29,189 bases of DNA from an uncultured Candidatus Saccharibacteria bacterium (GCA_964603535.1 CAZRVJ010000003.1:1-29189), one strand, 5' to 3'. Positions 15,658 through 24,297 are shown, counted from the stretch's first letter. Program-made: numbers and translations. Notes: a model not told the origin generated them from the letters alone.

Positions 15658-15835
15658 AAATCCCCATAGCTTCGCTATGGGTCGCCCTAACGGGCTCTTC
15701 GCATTTTTGCGATTCGTCCTTACTAATTGGCGGACGGCAAAATCTCGCAAAAATGCTTTGGGGATTTATATATTTTCTTTCGCTTCGCTCCAGGCTGACA
15801 TTAGATTCGCCTTCGGCGAAATGTCAGAAAATATA
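15658..15835. repeat. Nested palindromic (REP/MITE-like or structured RNA) element
   Basis: Several perfect inverted repeats of 8-12 bp with recurring CTTCG loops between rpmG and tRNA-Trp. Confidence 0.6.
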
Positions 15836-15851
15836 AAATAACGGGGATTCG

Positions 15852-15923
15852 GGGTCCATAGTTTCAATGGTAAAATGTCGATCTCCAAAATCGAAGTTCT
15901 CCGTTCGAATCGGAGTGGGCCCG
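15852..15923 (+). tRNA. trnW: tRNA-Trp(CCA)
   Basis: Acceptor GGGTCCA/TGGGCCC, anticodon arm TCGAT-CTCCAAA-ATCGA, T-arm CTCCG-TTCGAAT-CGGAG. Confidence 0.95.
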
Positions 15924-15991
15924 CATCTAATTTCTTTTATTGAAATTTTATTTTATAAAAAATAATTTTGTCGCGTTTTTATTTTAAAACA

Positions 15992-16618
15992 ATGACAACA
16001 AAAAAAGATTTAATCTTTGCGGCAATAATCGGCGAAATGATCGCCTGGTTAATTTGGCCGGTTTGGATGAATCTAGGTATTTTAAATGATTATTGGCAAT
16101 GGCGCTGGGCGTTATTGGTTCTTTTGCCCATTATTTCCGTTGTGGGCGTGATGGTTGCTAATTTCATTGGTAAAAAAATAGCCATCTTCCAACAATTGGC
16201 CAAATATGGATTAGTTGGCATCTCTAATACTTTATTAGATTTTAGCGTGTTGAATTTATTGAGTTATGCTTTTCATATTTATTCCGGTTCTTCTTTGATT
16301 TTGATTAATGTTTTTTCTTTCTTAGCAGCCAATATAAATAGTTATTTTTGGAATAAATATTGGACTTTCCAAAGCCAAAGTAAAAAAGTGGCTGGAGAAT
16401 TTTTAAGATTTCTTATTGTTAGTATTATTGGCTTTTTATTGAATAGTATTATCTTGTGGTTCTTTACTACTATTATGGAGCCATCATTGGGTCTCAGTCC
16501 GCAGATTTGGGAGAATATTGCTAAGCTAATTGCTACCGGAGGTTATATCATTTGGAATTTTATCGGTTATAAATTGATTGTTTTTAAGGGTAATACCGAA
16601 AATAAGATTTCAGCCTAG
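15992..16618 (+). CDS. GtrA-family membrane protein (lipid-linked sugar flippase-like)
   Basis: QLAKYGLVG.SNTLLDF, NSYFWNKYWTF, RFLIVS.IG, WNFIGYK..VFK. ATG 15992 preferred over TTG 15968. Confidence 0.9.
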   Translation: MTTKKDLIFAAIIGEMIAWLIWPVWMNLGILNDYWQWRWALLVLLPIISVVGVMVANFIGKKIAIFQQLAKYGLVGISNTLLDFSVLNLLSYAFHIYSGSSLILINVFSFLAANINSYFWNKYWTFQSQSKKVAGEFLRFLIVSIIGFLLNSIILWFFTTIMEPSLGLSPQIWENIAKLIATGGYIIWNFIGYKLIVFKGNTENKISA

Positions 16619-16619
16619 T

Positions 16620-16648
16620 TTGCTTTTTTTCTTGATTTTTGGTAAGAT
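16620..16648 (+). promoter_or_regulatory. Promoter for the holin-like gene and secG, probably leaderless
   Basis: TTGCTT, 17 nt, TAAGAT with TG extension, 7 nt, ATG 16656. Confidence 0.6.
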
Positions 16649-16655
16649 AAAAACA

Positions 16656-17018
16656 ATGTTTAAGCTTATTTCTAAGTTTATCATCCAAATTTTAGTTAAT
16701 GGTTTGGGCATCTGGATTATTGCAGAAGTTGTTCCGGGTGTTGGTTTTAGTGGTGATTGGTTGGTATTGGCGGAAATATCTGCTGTGTTGGCGGTATTGA
16801 ATGTATTAGTAAAGCCTATATTAAAATTTTTCTTCGGTCCTTTAATTGTTTTAACTTTTGGTTTGGCAAGCTTGCTTCTCAATGCCTTAATTTTATGGGC
16901 AGTGACGCAAATTTTCCCAGCTAATTTAGTTATCCCTGTTGGTTGGTCATTGATTTGGGCGAATTTAATTATTTCATTGATTAACTTTGCATTTAATTTA
17001 GCAAAAAAAAGTGATTAA
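16656..17018 (+). CDS. YvlD-like 4-TM membrane protein ('phage holin family' Pfam, not prophage evidence)
   Basis: LNVLVKPILK....PL.VLTFGL..L..NAL.LW. ATG 16656 preferred. Confidence 0.88.
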   Translation: MFKLISKFIIQILVNGLGIWIIAEVVPGVGFSGDWLVLAEISAVLAVLNVLVKPILKFFFGPLIVLTFGLASLLLNALILWAVTQIFPANLVIPVGWSLIWANLIISLINFAFNLAKKSD

Positions 17019-17027
17019 ATAAAAAAT

Positions 17028-17261
17028 ATGAATTTAAAGAATATTGTAGAAATTATTCAAATTGTAGTATCCGTGCTTTTAATTGTGTCTGTTTTGTTAC
17101 AACAACGCGGTTCTGGATTAGGTGGCCTTTTTGGGTGTGGAGATGAACAAGGAGAATTTTATCATAAACGTAGAGGGTTTGAGACTCTTATTTTTAGAAG
17201 CACTATCGTATTGGCTGCGCTTTTATTTTTATCCAGCATAGCCATATTTTTATTGAGTTAA
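17028..17261 (+). CDS. secG: Preprotein translocase subunit SecG
   Basis: LI.SVLLQQRGSGLGG.FG, two TM helices, RRG.E..I.R.T. Confidence 0.93.
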   Translation: MNLKNIVEIIQIVVSVLLIVSVLLQQRGSGLGGLFGCGDEQGEFYHKRRGFETLIFRSTIVLAALLFLSSIAIFLLS

Positions 17262-17320
17262 TTTTTTTTAATCAATTTTGATAATTGATTAATTAAAAGA
17301 GTTTTTAATTAATAATCCTT

Positions 17321-19033
17321 ATGGATATTAAAAAATTTATTTCTCGCTCTTATTGGAGAAATTTTTGGAGTGTATTAACTCCAAAGGAAAAAAAGATTTT
17401 TCAAATTGCGGCAATTTTTATTATTATCTGCTCTGTTTTTTTGGCGGTTCGTTGGTATTTAGCCAATACTGTCAAAATAGCTAAAAGAGGAGGTGATTTG
17501 AGGGAAGGCCTTGTTGGACAACCTACTAGTTTAAATCCTATTTTAGCGCAAAATGACATAGACAAAGATTTAAGTTCTTTGGTTTTTAATGGTTTGGTAA
17601 AAAGTGATGGAGCCGGTGGTATTGTTAATGATTTGGCCGAGTCAATAGAAAAGAGCGAAGATGGTAAAAAATGGATAGTACATTTGAGACAGGATGTTTC
17701 GTGGCACGATGGAGAGCGTTTTAGCGCCGATGATGTTGTTTTTACTATCAAAGCTATTAAAGATCCAGCAAGCCGAAGCTCATCTACATCTTGGCAAGGA
17801 GTGGAAGTTCAAAAATTTAATGAATACACGGTTATTTTTGAATTAAAAAATCCTTACTCATTTTTTGAAGAAAATTTAAAGCAAAAAATAATTCCCGAAC
17901 ATATTTTTAGCGCCATTCCTTTGGCAAACTTGTATTTATCCGATTATAATTTCCAACCTATTGGTACAGGCCCGTTTGTTTTTGATAAATTTGAAAAAAG
18001 TAAAAATGGTTTTATTAATTATTATAAATTTACTGCTAATGAAAAATATTTTCAGGGTTGTCCTTATATAAATTCTTATACAGTTAAGCTTTATCAAAGC
18101 GAACCAGAAGCAATTAAAGCTTTTAATTCCCGACAAATTGATTTGTATTCTGGCGTTAATAGCAACAATTTAGAAAACATAGATAGACATTATGGAGAAA
18201 AGGATGTTAATTTGGCTAGATATTACGCCGTGTTTTTCAACCAAAGCATTTCTAAAGTTTTGGCTGATAAAAATGTGAGATACGCTTTAAATTATGCTAC
18301 TAATCGTCAAGAATTGATTGAAAGAGTTTTTGGTGGTAAATCGGAAGAGGTTACTGGTCCTATCTTATCAGATATGAATGGTTATGAGTCTAGTTTGAAT
18401 TGGGAATTTTCTTTAGAAAAAGCCAGTGATATTTTAAGTAAAAATGGTTGGAAAGATAATGATGGTGATGGAATTTTAGAGAAAAAATTATCAAAAGACT
18501 CAGAAACCTTGTCTTTGCTTTCTTTCAGATTAATCGTTCCGGAATCAGCGGGGTTAATTGAAGCAGCCAGTATTTTAAAGGAACAATGGGCTAAGATCGG
18601 ATGCCGCGTAGAAATTCAAATTGTTTCTACTAAAGAATTGCAATCAAATTATTTGGAACCACGAGTATATGATGCTTTGATTTTTGGTAATATGTTGAAT
18701 TATAATCCTGATCCATTTTCTTTCTGGCATTCTTCTCAGAAGCTCAGTCCTGGTTTTAATTTGGCGCTTTACGAAAATTCTGGAGCTGATAAAGCTTTAG
18801 AATCATTGAGACAAACTTTTGACACAACAGAACGAGTGGATAATTTAAAGAAGTTCCAAAGTTTTGTTTATTCTGATGCTCCGGCTGTTTTTCTCTTTAA
18901 CCCTCATTATATTATGGTTTCTTTAACTAATTTAGATTTAAATAATATGACTAAGCTTAATTCTTTGTCTGACAGATATTATGATGTTAATCATTGGTTT
19001 TTAAAGACTAAGAGAGTTTTTAAGTCAGAATAA
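17321..19033 (+). CDS. Peptide ABC transporter substrate-binding protein (family 5, OppA/DppA-like), TM-anchored, no permeases adjacent
   Basis: LVFNGLV, LA.S, LRQDV.WHDG..FSADDV.FT, PIGTGPF, VRYAL.YA.NR.EL, GW.D.DGDG.LEK. Confidence 0.92.
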   Translation: MDIKKFISRSYWRNFWSVLTPKEKKIFQIAAIFIIICSVFLAVRWYLANTVKIAKRGGDLREGLVGQPTSLNPILAQNDIDKDLSSLVFNGLVKSDGAGGIVNDLAESIEKSEDGKKWIVHLRQDVSWHDGERFSADDVVFTIKAIKDPASRSSSTSWQGVEVQKFNEYTVIFELKNPYSFFEENLKQKIIPEHIFSAIPLANLYLSDYNFQPIGTGPFVFDKFEKSKNGFINYYKFTANEKYFQGCPYINSYTVKLYQSEPEAIKAFNSRQIDLYSGVNSNNLENIDRHYGEKDVNLARYYAVFFNQSISKVLADKNVRYALNYATNRQELIERVFGGKSEEVTGPILSDMNGYESSLNWEFSLEKASDILSKNGWKDNDGDGILEKKLSKDSETLSLLSFRLIVPESAGLIEAASILKEQWAKIGCRVEIQIVSTKELQSNYLEPRVYDALIFGNMLNYNPDPFSFWHSSQKLSPGFNLALYENSGADKALESLRQTFDTTERVDNLKKFQSFVYSDAPAVFLFNPHYIMVSLTNLDLNNMTKLNSLSDRYYDVNHWFLKTKRVFKSE

Positions 19034-19037
19034 ATAA

Positions 19038-19676
19038 ATGAAAAAAGAAAGTAAAAGGATAAGCGATTTAAAGCCAGTTCTTTATGATAATGGTGTAATC
19101 GGAGATGCTGTTGTTTATGATGTGGAAAGAGATATAGAGGCGCAGAATGGATGGCGTCGGGATTTAACCATTATTTATCCGCAGATGCTCGGACAGGAAC
19201 TTCCGAAGACTTTTGGGCATTATCATAAAAATAATGAAGTAGAAATTTACGAAATTTTAGATGGTAAAATAGGTTTTTTATGCCAGAAACATCGCGCTGA
19301 TTCACCATTAGAAATAGAACAAGTTTATTTAATAGAAGCAGTTAAAGGAGAAAAAATTATTATCCCGCCAGAATTCAGTATGACCTCTATTAATTTGGGA
19401 GAGACGGAAGCTTCCATGTTTAATTGGGTCAATGAGAAAATTGAAAATGATTACAGCTTATTTATTCAGAATCATGGCGCTTGCTATTATCTAGTAAAAA
19501 AAGAAGACGGATCATGGAAGGCGATTAAAAATAATCATTATCAAGAAGTCCCGGAATTAGTGAGACTAAGACCAGTGACCTTGCCCCAAGAGTTAGAAAA
19601 CTTGGACTTTTTAATTAATCAATCAAAATATAAAAATTTTTTAACAGTCGATAAATTATTTGAAAAAATAAATTAA
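19038..19676 (+). CDS. Cupin-type (archaeal-like) glucose-6-phosphate isomerase
   Basis: RRDLT.I....LG.E.PKT.GHYH, E.YE.L.G, IIIPP...., N, N..HGA.YY. Confidence 0.82.
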   Translation: MKKESKRISDLKPVLYDNGVIGDAVVYDVERDIEAQNGWRRDLTIIYPQMLGQELPKTFGHYHKNNEVEIYEILDGKIGFLCQKHRADSPLEIEQVYLIEAVKGEKIIIPPEFSMTSINLGETEASMFNWVNEKIENDYSLFIQNHGACYYLVKKEDGSWKAIKNNHYQEVPELVRLRPVTLPQELENLDFLINQSKYKNFLTVDKLFEKIN

Positions 19677-19690
19677 AGCCAATTCTTTTT

Positions 19691-19774
19691 GCCCTCATGG
19701 TGGAATTGGTAGACACGCAGGCTTCAGGAGCCTGTCTCTTAACGGAGATAGAGGTTCAAATCCTCTTGAGGGCA
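19691..19774 (+). tRNA. trnL: tRNA-Leu(CAG)
   Basis: Acceptor GCCCTCA/TGAGGGC, anticodon arm CAGGC-TTCAGGA-GCCTG, long variable arm, T-arm AGAGG-TTCAAAT-CCTCT. Confidence 0.96.
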
Positions 19775-19793
19775 CGTTAAAGTAAAGAAAAAT

Positions 19794-21521
19794 ATGATAA
19801 CATCAAGAAAGTTTATAAGCAGAAGACCGCAGCATCGACATCCTGATGGAGCGGGTGAGCATATTAAAGTATGTTCTTTAGGGGGCCTTGGAGAAGTAGG
19901 TCGTAATTTGAGTTTTATAGAATATAAGAATCAAATTGTAGTAATGGATTGCGGGTTGCGTTTTCCGGAAGAAGATATGCCGGGCGTAGATTTTATTATC
20001 CCCAATATTGAGTATTTAGAAAAAAATAAAAAGAAAATAGTCGGGGTGTTTATTACTCATGGACACCTTGATCATATCGGAGCCATACCTTACATTGTCA
20101 CTAAATTAGGTAATCCGCCGATATATACAGCTCCTTTAACTAGAGCTCTTATTTTGAAGCGCCAAGAGGATTTTCCGAATCAACCTCGTCTCAAAATAGA
20201 AGTAATTGATCCAACCAAATTAAATAGCATTAATCTCGGTTATTTTAAGATTCATCCTTTTAGAGTGAATCATAATATTCCCGATTCAATGTGTTTTGCT
20301 ATTGAAACAGAAGTCGGTACTATTTTTTACATGACCGATTTTAAATTTGATTATAGCCCGATTATTGATCCTCCGGTTGATTTGGGCAGGATTTCTAGAT
20401 TGGCTTCACGCGGAGTTTTGTTATTGATGGCTGATTCTACTGGCGCCGAAGAACCCGGGCACTCTATTTCCGAAAAAAATATTTATGAGGATTTGGAGAG
20501 AATTTTTGAAAAATCCCAAGGGAAAATTATTGCAGCAACATTTTCTTCTTTGGTGGGCCGTGTTCAGCAATTGATTTGGTTGTCTGAAAAATATGGTCGC
20601 CGAGTAGTTATTGATGGTTTTTCTATGAAAAACGTCGTAGCTATAACGAGAGCATTGGGTTATTTGCAAGTTGGTAAAAATACAATTATTTCCGCGCAAG
20701 AAGCGGAGGCTTTGCATAGAAACCAATTAACTATTATTTGTACGGGATCACAGGGTGAAGATCGCGCGGTTTTGATGAGAATAGTTAATCGCGAGCATAA
20801 ATATTTTAAGATTGATAAAGGAGATTCCATTATATTTTCTTCATCAGTTATTCCGGGTAACGAACGAGCCGTACAAAACTTGAAAGATAATTTTTATCGT
20901 CAAGGAGCAAAAGTATTCCATTATAAGATGTTGGATATTCATGCCGGCGGACACGCGCAGCAAGATGATTTGAAGTTGATGCATAATTTGATTAGGCCGA
21001 AGTTTTTTATGCCGATTCACGGTCAGTACTCCATGCTTCAAGTCCATGCTGATTTAGCTGAGCAATTGGGATTGCCTAAGAGTAGTATTGCTATTGCTGA
21101 CAATGGACAGATTCTAGATCTCACAAAAAACACCATGAAGTTTGAAGGGGAAGTACCGGCTAATTATGTTATGGTTGATGGTTTAGGTGTTGGTGATGTG
21201 GGAGAGGTGGTTTTACGCGATAGAACGCAATTGGCGCAAGATGGTATGCTTGTAATCGTTGCTATGATTGATGGAGAGTCGGGATTATTGAAGGGAGAGG
21301 CGGAAGTTCATTCTCGTGGATTTGTTTATTTGAAAGAATCTAAAGATTTTATTAGAGAGATTAATGTTTTAGTTAAAGATATTATTAGTAAAACTTCCTC
21401 TAAAGATCGCACAACCAATTGGGCTTATGTAAAGGAAAATTTGCGTGATAAAATTGGAGAATTTATTTTTAAACGCACCGAACGCAGGCCTATGATTTTA
21501 CCGTTTATTGTGGAAATTTAG
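19794..21521 (+). CDS. rnj: Ribonuclease J
   Basis: LGGLGEVG.N, THGHLDHIGA, DFKFD, GSQGE, HAGGHA, P.HG, ERRPMILP. Confidence 0.98.
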   Translation: MITSRKFISRRPQHRHPDGAGEHIKVCSLGGLGEVGRNLSFIEYKNQIVVMDCGLRFPEEDMPGVDFIIPNIEYLEKNKKKIVGVFITHGHLDHIGAIPYIVTKLGNPPIYTAPLTRALILKRQEDFPNQPRLKIEVIDPTKLNSINLGYFKIHPFRVNHNIPDSMCFAIETEVGTIFYMTDFKFDYSPIIDPPVDLGRISRLASRGVLLLMADSTGAEEPGHSISEKNIYEDLERIFEKSQGKIIAATFSSLVGRVQQLIWLSEKYGRRVVIDGFSMKNVVAITRALGYLQVGKNTIISAQEAEALHRNQLTIICTGSQGEDRAVLMRIVNREHKYFKIDKGDSIIFSSSVIPGNERAVQNLKDNFYRQGAKVFHYKMLDIHAGGHAQQDDLKLMHNLIRPKFFMPIHGQYSMLQVHADLAEQLGLPKSSIAIADNGQILDLTKNTMKFEGEVPANYVMVDGLGVGDVGEVVLRDRTQLAQDGMLVIVAMIDGESGLLKGEAEVHSRGFVYLKESKDFIREINVLVKDIISKTSSKDRTTNWAYVKENLRDKIGEFIFKRTERRPMILPFIVEI

Positions 21522-21522
21522 T

Positions 21523-21554
21523 AAAAAGCCCTGCTTCGGCAGGGCTTTTTTTTT
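21523..21554 (+). terminator. Intrinsic terminator after rnj
   Basis: AAAAAGCCCTGC-TTCG-GCAGGGCTTTTT with a C(UUCG)G tetraloop and a long T-run. Confidence 0.9.
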
Positions 21555-21581
21555 ATTTATTTTAATGTAAAATGTAAATAT

Positions 21582-22634
21582 ATGAAAATATTAAGCGGAA
21601 TTAAACCATCTGGAACATTGCATCTTGGCAATTATCTCGGAGCTATAAAAAACTGGGTTAATTTACAGGAAGACAAAGATAATTTTTGTTTATTTTTTGT
21701 GGCTGATCTTCATTCTTTAACAGAGAATACCAGTTCGGCTGAAGAAAAAAGAAAACAAATTGAGCAATTAGCCATTGATTTTTTGGCCTTAGGTTTAGAT
21801 CCTAAAAAATGCGCTCTTTTTATTCAATCGCATGTATTGGAAACAACGGAATTATCTTGGCTTTTGAGTTGCGTGACGCCAATGGGGGATTTAGAAAGAA
21901 TGACCCAATATAAAGATAAGTCTAAAAAACGACCAGAAAATATTAATGCTGGATTGTTTACTTACCCTATTTTAATGGCAGCGGATGTTCTACTTTATAA
22001 ATCTGACATTGTGCCGGTGGGTGATGACCAGCTACAACACTTGGAAATATCTAGAGAAATAGCCAGACGTTTTAATCGTCGCTTCGGAGAAGTTTTTCCT
22101 GAGCCTAAAGCGTTATTGACTAGAACCGTTCGTTTAATGAGTCTTAAAAATCCTTTAGAAAAAATGTCTAAAAGTTCGGATTCTTATATTGGTGTTTTTG
22201 ACGACCCGAAAACAATTCAAGAAAAAATAAAGTCTATGACCACTGCTTCTAATGATTTGTTTGAAAAAATTTCTTTGGGCAAAGAAGAACTGATTATTGA
22301 ACCAAGTGAAAAAGGAAAGAAAAGCAAGGATTTTCCATTGATGACTGCGGCCATTGATAATTTACTAACTTTACTAAGAGAATTTGATTCGTTGCAATAT
22401 AAGTCTTTGTTTAATGGCACAGAAGTTAATTTAGAAAAATTAAGATATAGTGAAATTAAAGAATCTTTGGCTCAGGCTATTATTGAGCACTTTGCTCCGT
22501 TTAAGGCCAAGAGAGAAGAACTGATGAAAGATAGAAAGGCAGTAATGAAAATTTATGAGGACGGCGCAAGAAAAGCCCGAGAAATAGCGCAAGCTACAAT
22601 GAAAGAAGTCAAAGAAAAAATTGGATTAATTTAA
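21582..22634 (+). CDS. trpS: Tryptophan--tRNA ligase
   Basis: SGIKPSG.LHLGNY.GA, MTQYKDK, YP.LMAAD, VPVG.DQ.QH, KMSKS. Confidence 0.98.
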   Translation: MKILSGIKPSGTLHLGNYLGAIKNWVNLQEDKDNFCLFFVADLHSLTENTSSAEEKRKQIEQLAIDFLALGLDPKKCALFIQSHVLETTELSWLLSCVTPMGDLERMTQYKDKSKKRPENINAGLFTYPILMAADVLLYKSDIVPVGDDQLQHLEISREIARRFNRRFGEVFPEPKALLTRTVRLMSLKNPLEKMSKSSDSYIGVFDDPKTIQEKIKSMTTASNDLFEKISLGKEELIIEPSEKGKKSKDFPLMTAAIDNLLTLLREFDSLQYKSLFNGTEVNLEKLRYSEIKESLAQAIIEHFAPFKAKREELMKDRKAVMKIYEDGARKAREIAQATMKEVKEKIGLI

Positions 22635-22636
22635 AT

Positions 22637-22664
22637 AAAAAATCCGCCAATCGGCGGATTTTTT
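22637..22664. terminator. Bidirectional terminator between trpS and elp3
   Basis: AAAAAATCCGCC-AATC-GGCGGATTTTTT perfect 12-bp stem. Confidence 0.88.
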
Positions 22665-24231
22665 AAATATCTTTTGTCATATAAGTACCTTCTAGTTTGT
22701 AACCAAGGTGGCGATAGTAATCACGGACTCCAATGCCGGAGATGACGGCTATTCTTTTTAGTTGGAATTCTTTTTTGGCAATTCTTTCCGCTTCCGCTAC
22801 TAATTTTTTACCCAATCCTTTATGTTGAGCTGCAATAGATTTCTGCCCAATACCCAAAAGTTGACCATAAGTATGGACTTCTCTGATTAAGGCTGTTTTT
22901 TCTAATTCTTTAATAAAAAATGGTTGTTGTTTTAAAACATGTTCCGGAATGCGTAAACGTAACAAGCTAAATAATTTTGTTCTATCTTTGTTTTCCCAAG
23001 ATAAGAATATCTCTTTTCCATCGGATGCGTCATAGTCAATTCTGAATAATTGGATTTTTTCTTTGGGATCGTATAAATCTTTTACTTCTCGTGAGCGGAT
23101 GTCTTTGCATCTTTCTCCCTTTTTGGTTATTTCTCTATCAATCATTTCTCGCAAATTGGAGGTTTTAGACCCAGCAATGATGCTAGTGGCCGGAATATCT
23201 CTAATAACTCTTTGCATGCGGCAGTAATAGGGAATTTCCAGCATTATTTTTTTCATTAATTGATTTAATGTTTTTTCAGGGTATGGTTTGTATTCTCCCT
23301 TTAAATATGATTTATAAAGTTTAGATTCTTTTAAAACTACGCATGGATATATTTTTAATAAGTCCGGTTGGAAGTCGGAATTTCTAAATATCTCTTTAAA
23401 CATCGCCAAGTCTTTTTGAGGGGTGGAACCCATTAAATTGGGCATTAAATGATAGCAAATTTTAAACCCAGCTTCTTTTAGAAGTTTGGTAGCCACGATA
23501 GATTTTTCAACGGAATGTCCTCGTTTATTTAATTTTAAGACATTGTCATAAATACTTTGTATTCCCATTTCTACTCTAGTAACGCCTAATTCACGCATCA
23601 TGGCAATTTCTTTTTCATTAATAAAATCGGGACGAGTTTCAACTGTGAGTCCAATAATGCGGTTGTTAGATTTTTCATTAAGCATTTGCGCTTGCTTTAA
23701 AGTCTTACTGGTTTTTTCGTTGGCAGCGTCAAAAGCGCGTTTAATAAACCATTTTCTGTATTGTGCTGGTAAAAAAGACCAAGTGCCGCCAATAACGATT
23801 AATTCAATTTTATCGGTTGGGTGCCCGCTGATTTTTAAATCTTTTATTCTGTTGGCCGTTTGTTTATAAGGATCAAATTTGTTTAAAATAGCGCGCATAA
23901 TAGCCGGTTCGTTACTTAAATAACTTTTCGGCATTGCTTTTTCAGTGGGACAATAAATACATTGACCGGGGCAAGGATATTGTTTGGTAGAAATGGTAAT
24001 AATCGCTACTCCAGACAAAGAACGCATTTTTTTTGTTTTTAACAAGGCATATAATTTTGCGTCTTTCTTATTTTTCTTATTTTTAGTAAAATCTAAGTAA
24101 GCCATTGATAAGCGGCGATTGGATATTGGGTCTTCACCAGAGGATTTGGAAATTTCTCTTTTAAAATCATTCAAATCTTTCTCTGTATGAATCTTGGCTT
24201 TTATTAATTTTTTGATTATTTCGTTTTTCAT
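22663..24231 (-). CDS. elp3: Elp3-family radical SAM / KAT protein (tRNA U34 carboxymethyltransferase)
   Basis: CPGQCIYCP Fe-S motif, MPKSY...EPA.MRA, GGTW, ETRPD, RVEMG.Q, HLMPNL, LKIYP, R..RDIP, LRLR, REVHTYG, QH.GLG..L, VISGIGVRDYYR.LGY. Confidence 0.95.
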   Translation of the reverse strand: MKNEIIKKLIKAKIHTEKDLNDFKREISKSSGEDPISNRRLSMAYLDFTKNKKNKKDAKLYALLKTKKMRSLSGVAIITISTKQYPCPGQCIYCPTEKAMPKSYLSNEPAIMRAILNKFDPYKQTANRIKDLKISGHPTDKIELIVIGGTWSFLPAQYRKWFIKRAFDAANEKTSKTLKQAQMLNEKSNNRIIGLTVETRPDFINEKEIAMMRELGVTRVEMGIQSIYDNVLKLNKRGHSVEKSIVATKLLKEAGFKICYHLMPNLMGSTPQKDLAMFKEIFRNSDFQPDLLKIYPCVVLKESKLYKSYLKGEYKPYPEKTLNQLMKKIMLEIPYYCRMQRVIRDIPATSIIAGSKTSNLREMIDREITKKGERCKDIRSREVKDLYDPKEKIQLFRIDYDASDGKEIFLSWENKDRTKLFSLLRLRIPEHVLKQQPFFIKELEKTALIREVHTYGQLLGIGQKSIAAQHKGLGKKLVAEAERIAKKEFQLKRIAVISGIGVRDYYRHLGYKLEGTYMTKDI

Positions 24232-24243
24232 CGTTATAAAACA

Positions 24244-24271
24244 ATTTTACGCTGAAAAAATATTAAAGCAA
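24244..24271 (-). promoter_or_regulatory. Promoter for elp3 in the 66-bp divergent gap
   Basis: Minus strand TTGCTT, 16 nt, TAAAAT, 12 nt, ATG 24231. Confidence 0.5.
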
Positions 24272-24297
24272 GTATAAAAATATTTTATATTAAAATT

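Noticed and set aside
15658-15835. tmRNA, RNase P RNA or group I/II intron
   Set aside because: No tRNA-like termini or tag ORF, no RNase P P4 consensus, no intron catalytic-domain motifs recognised, and it does not interrupt a gene.
16656-17018. 'Phage holin' as evidence of a prophage
   Set aside because: The YvlD-like family is common in chromosomal housekeeping contexts; no endolysin, structural or integrase genes nearby.
21523-21581. T-box riboswitch upstream of trpS or tyrS
   Set aside because: Leaders are too short, and no T-box consensus (UGGNACC) or antiterminator is present.
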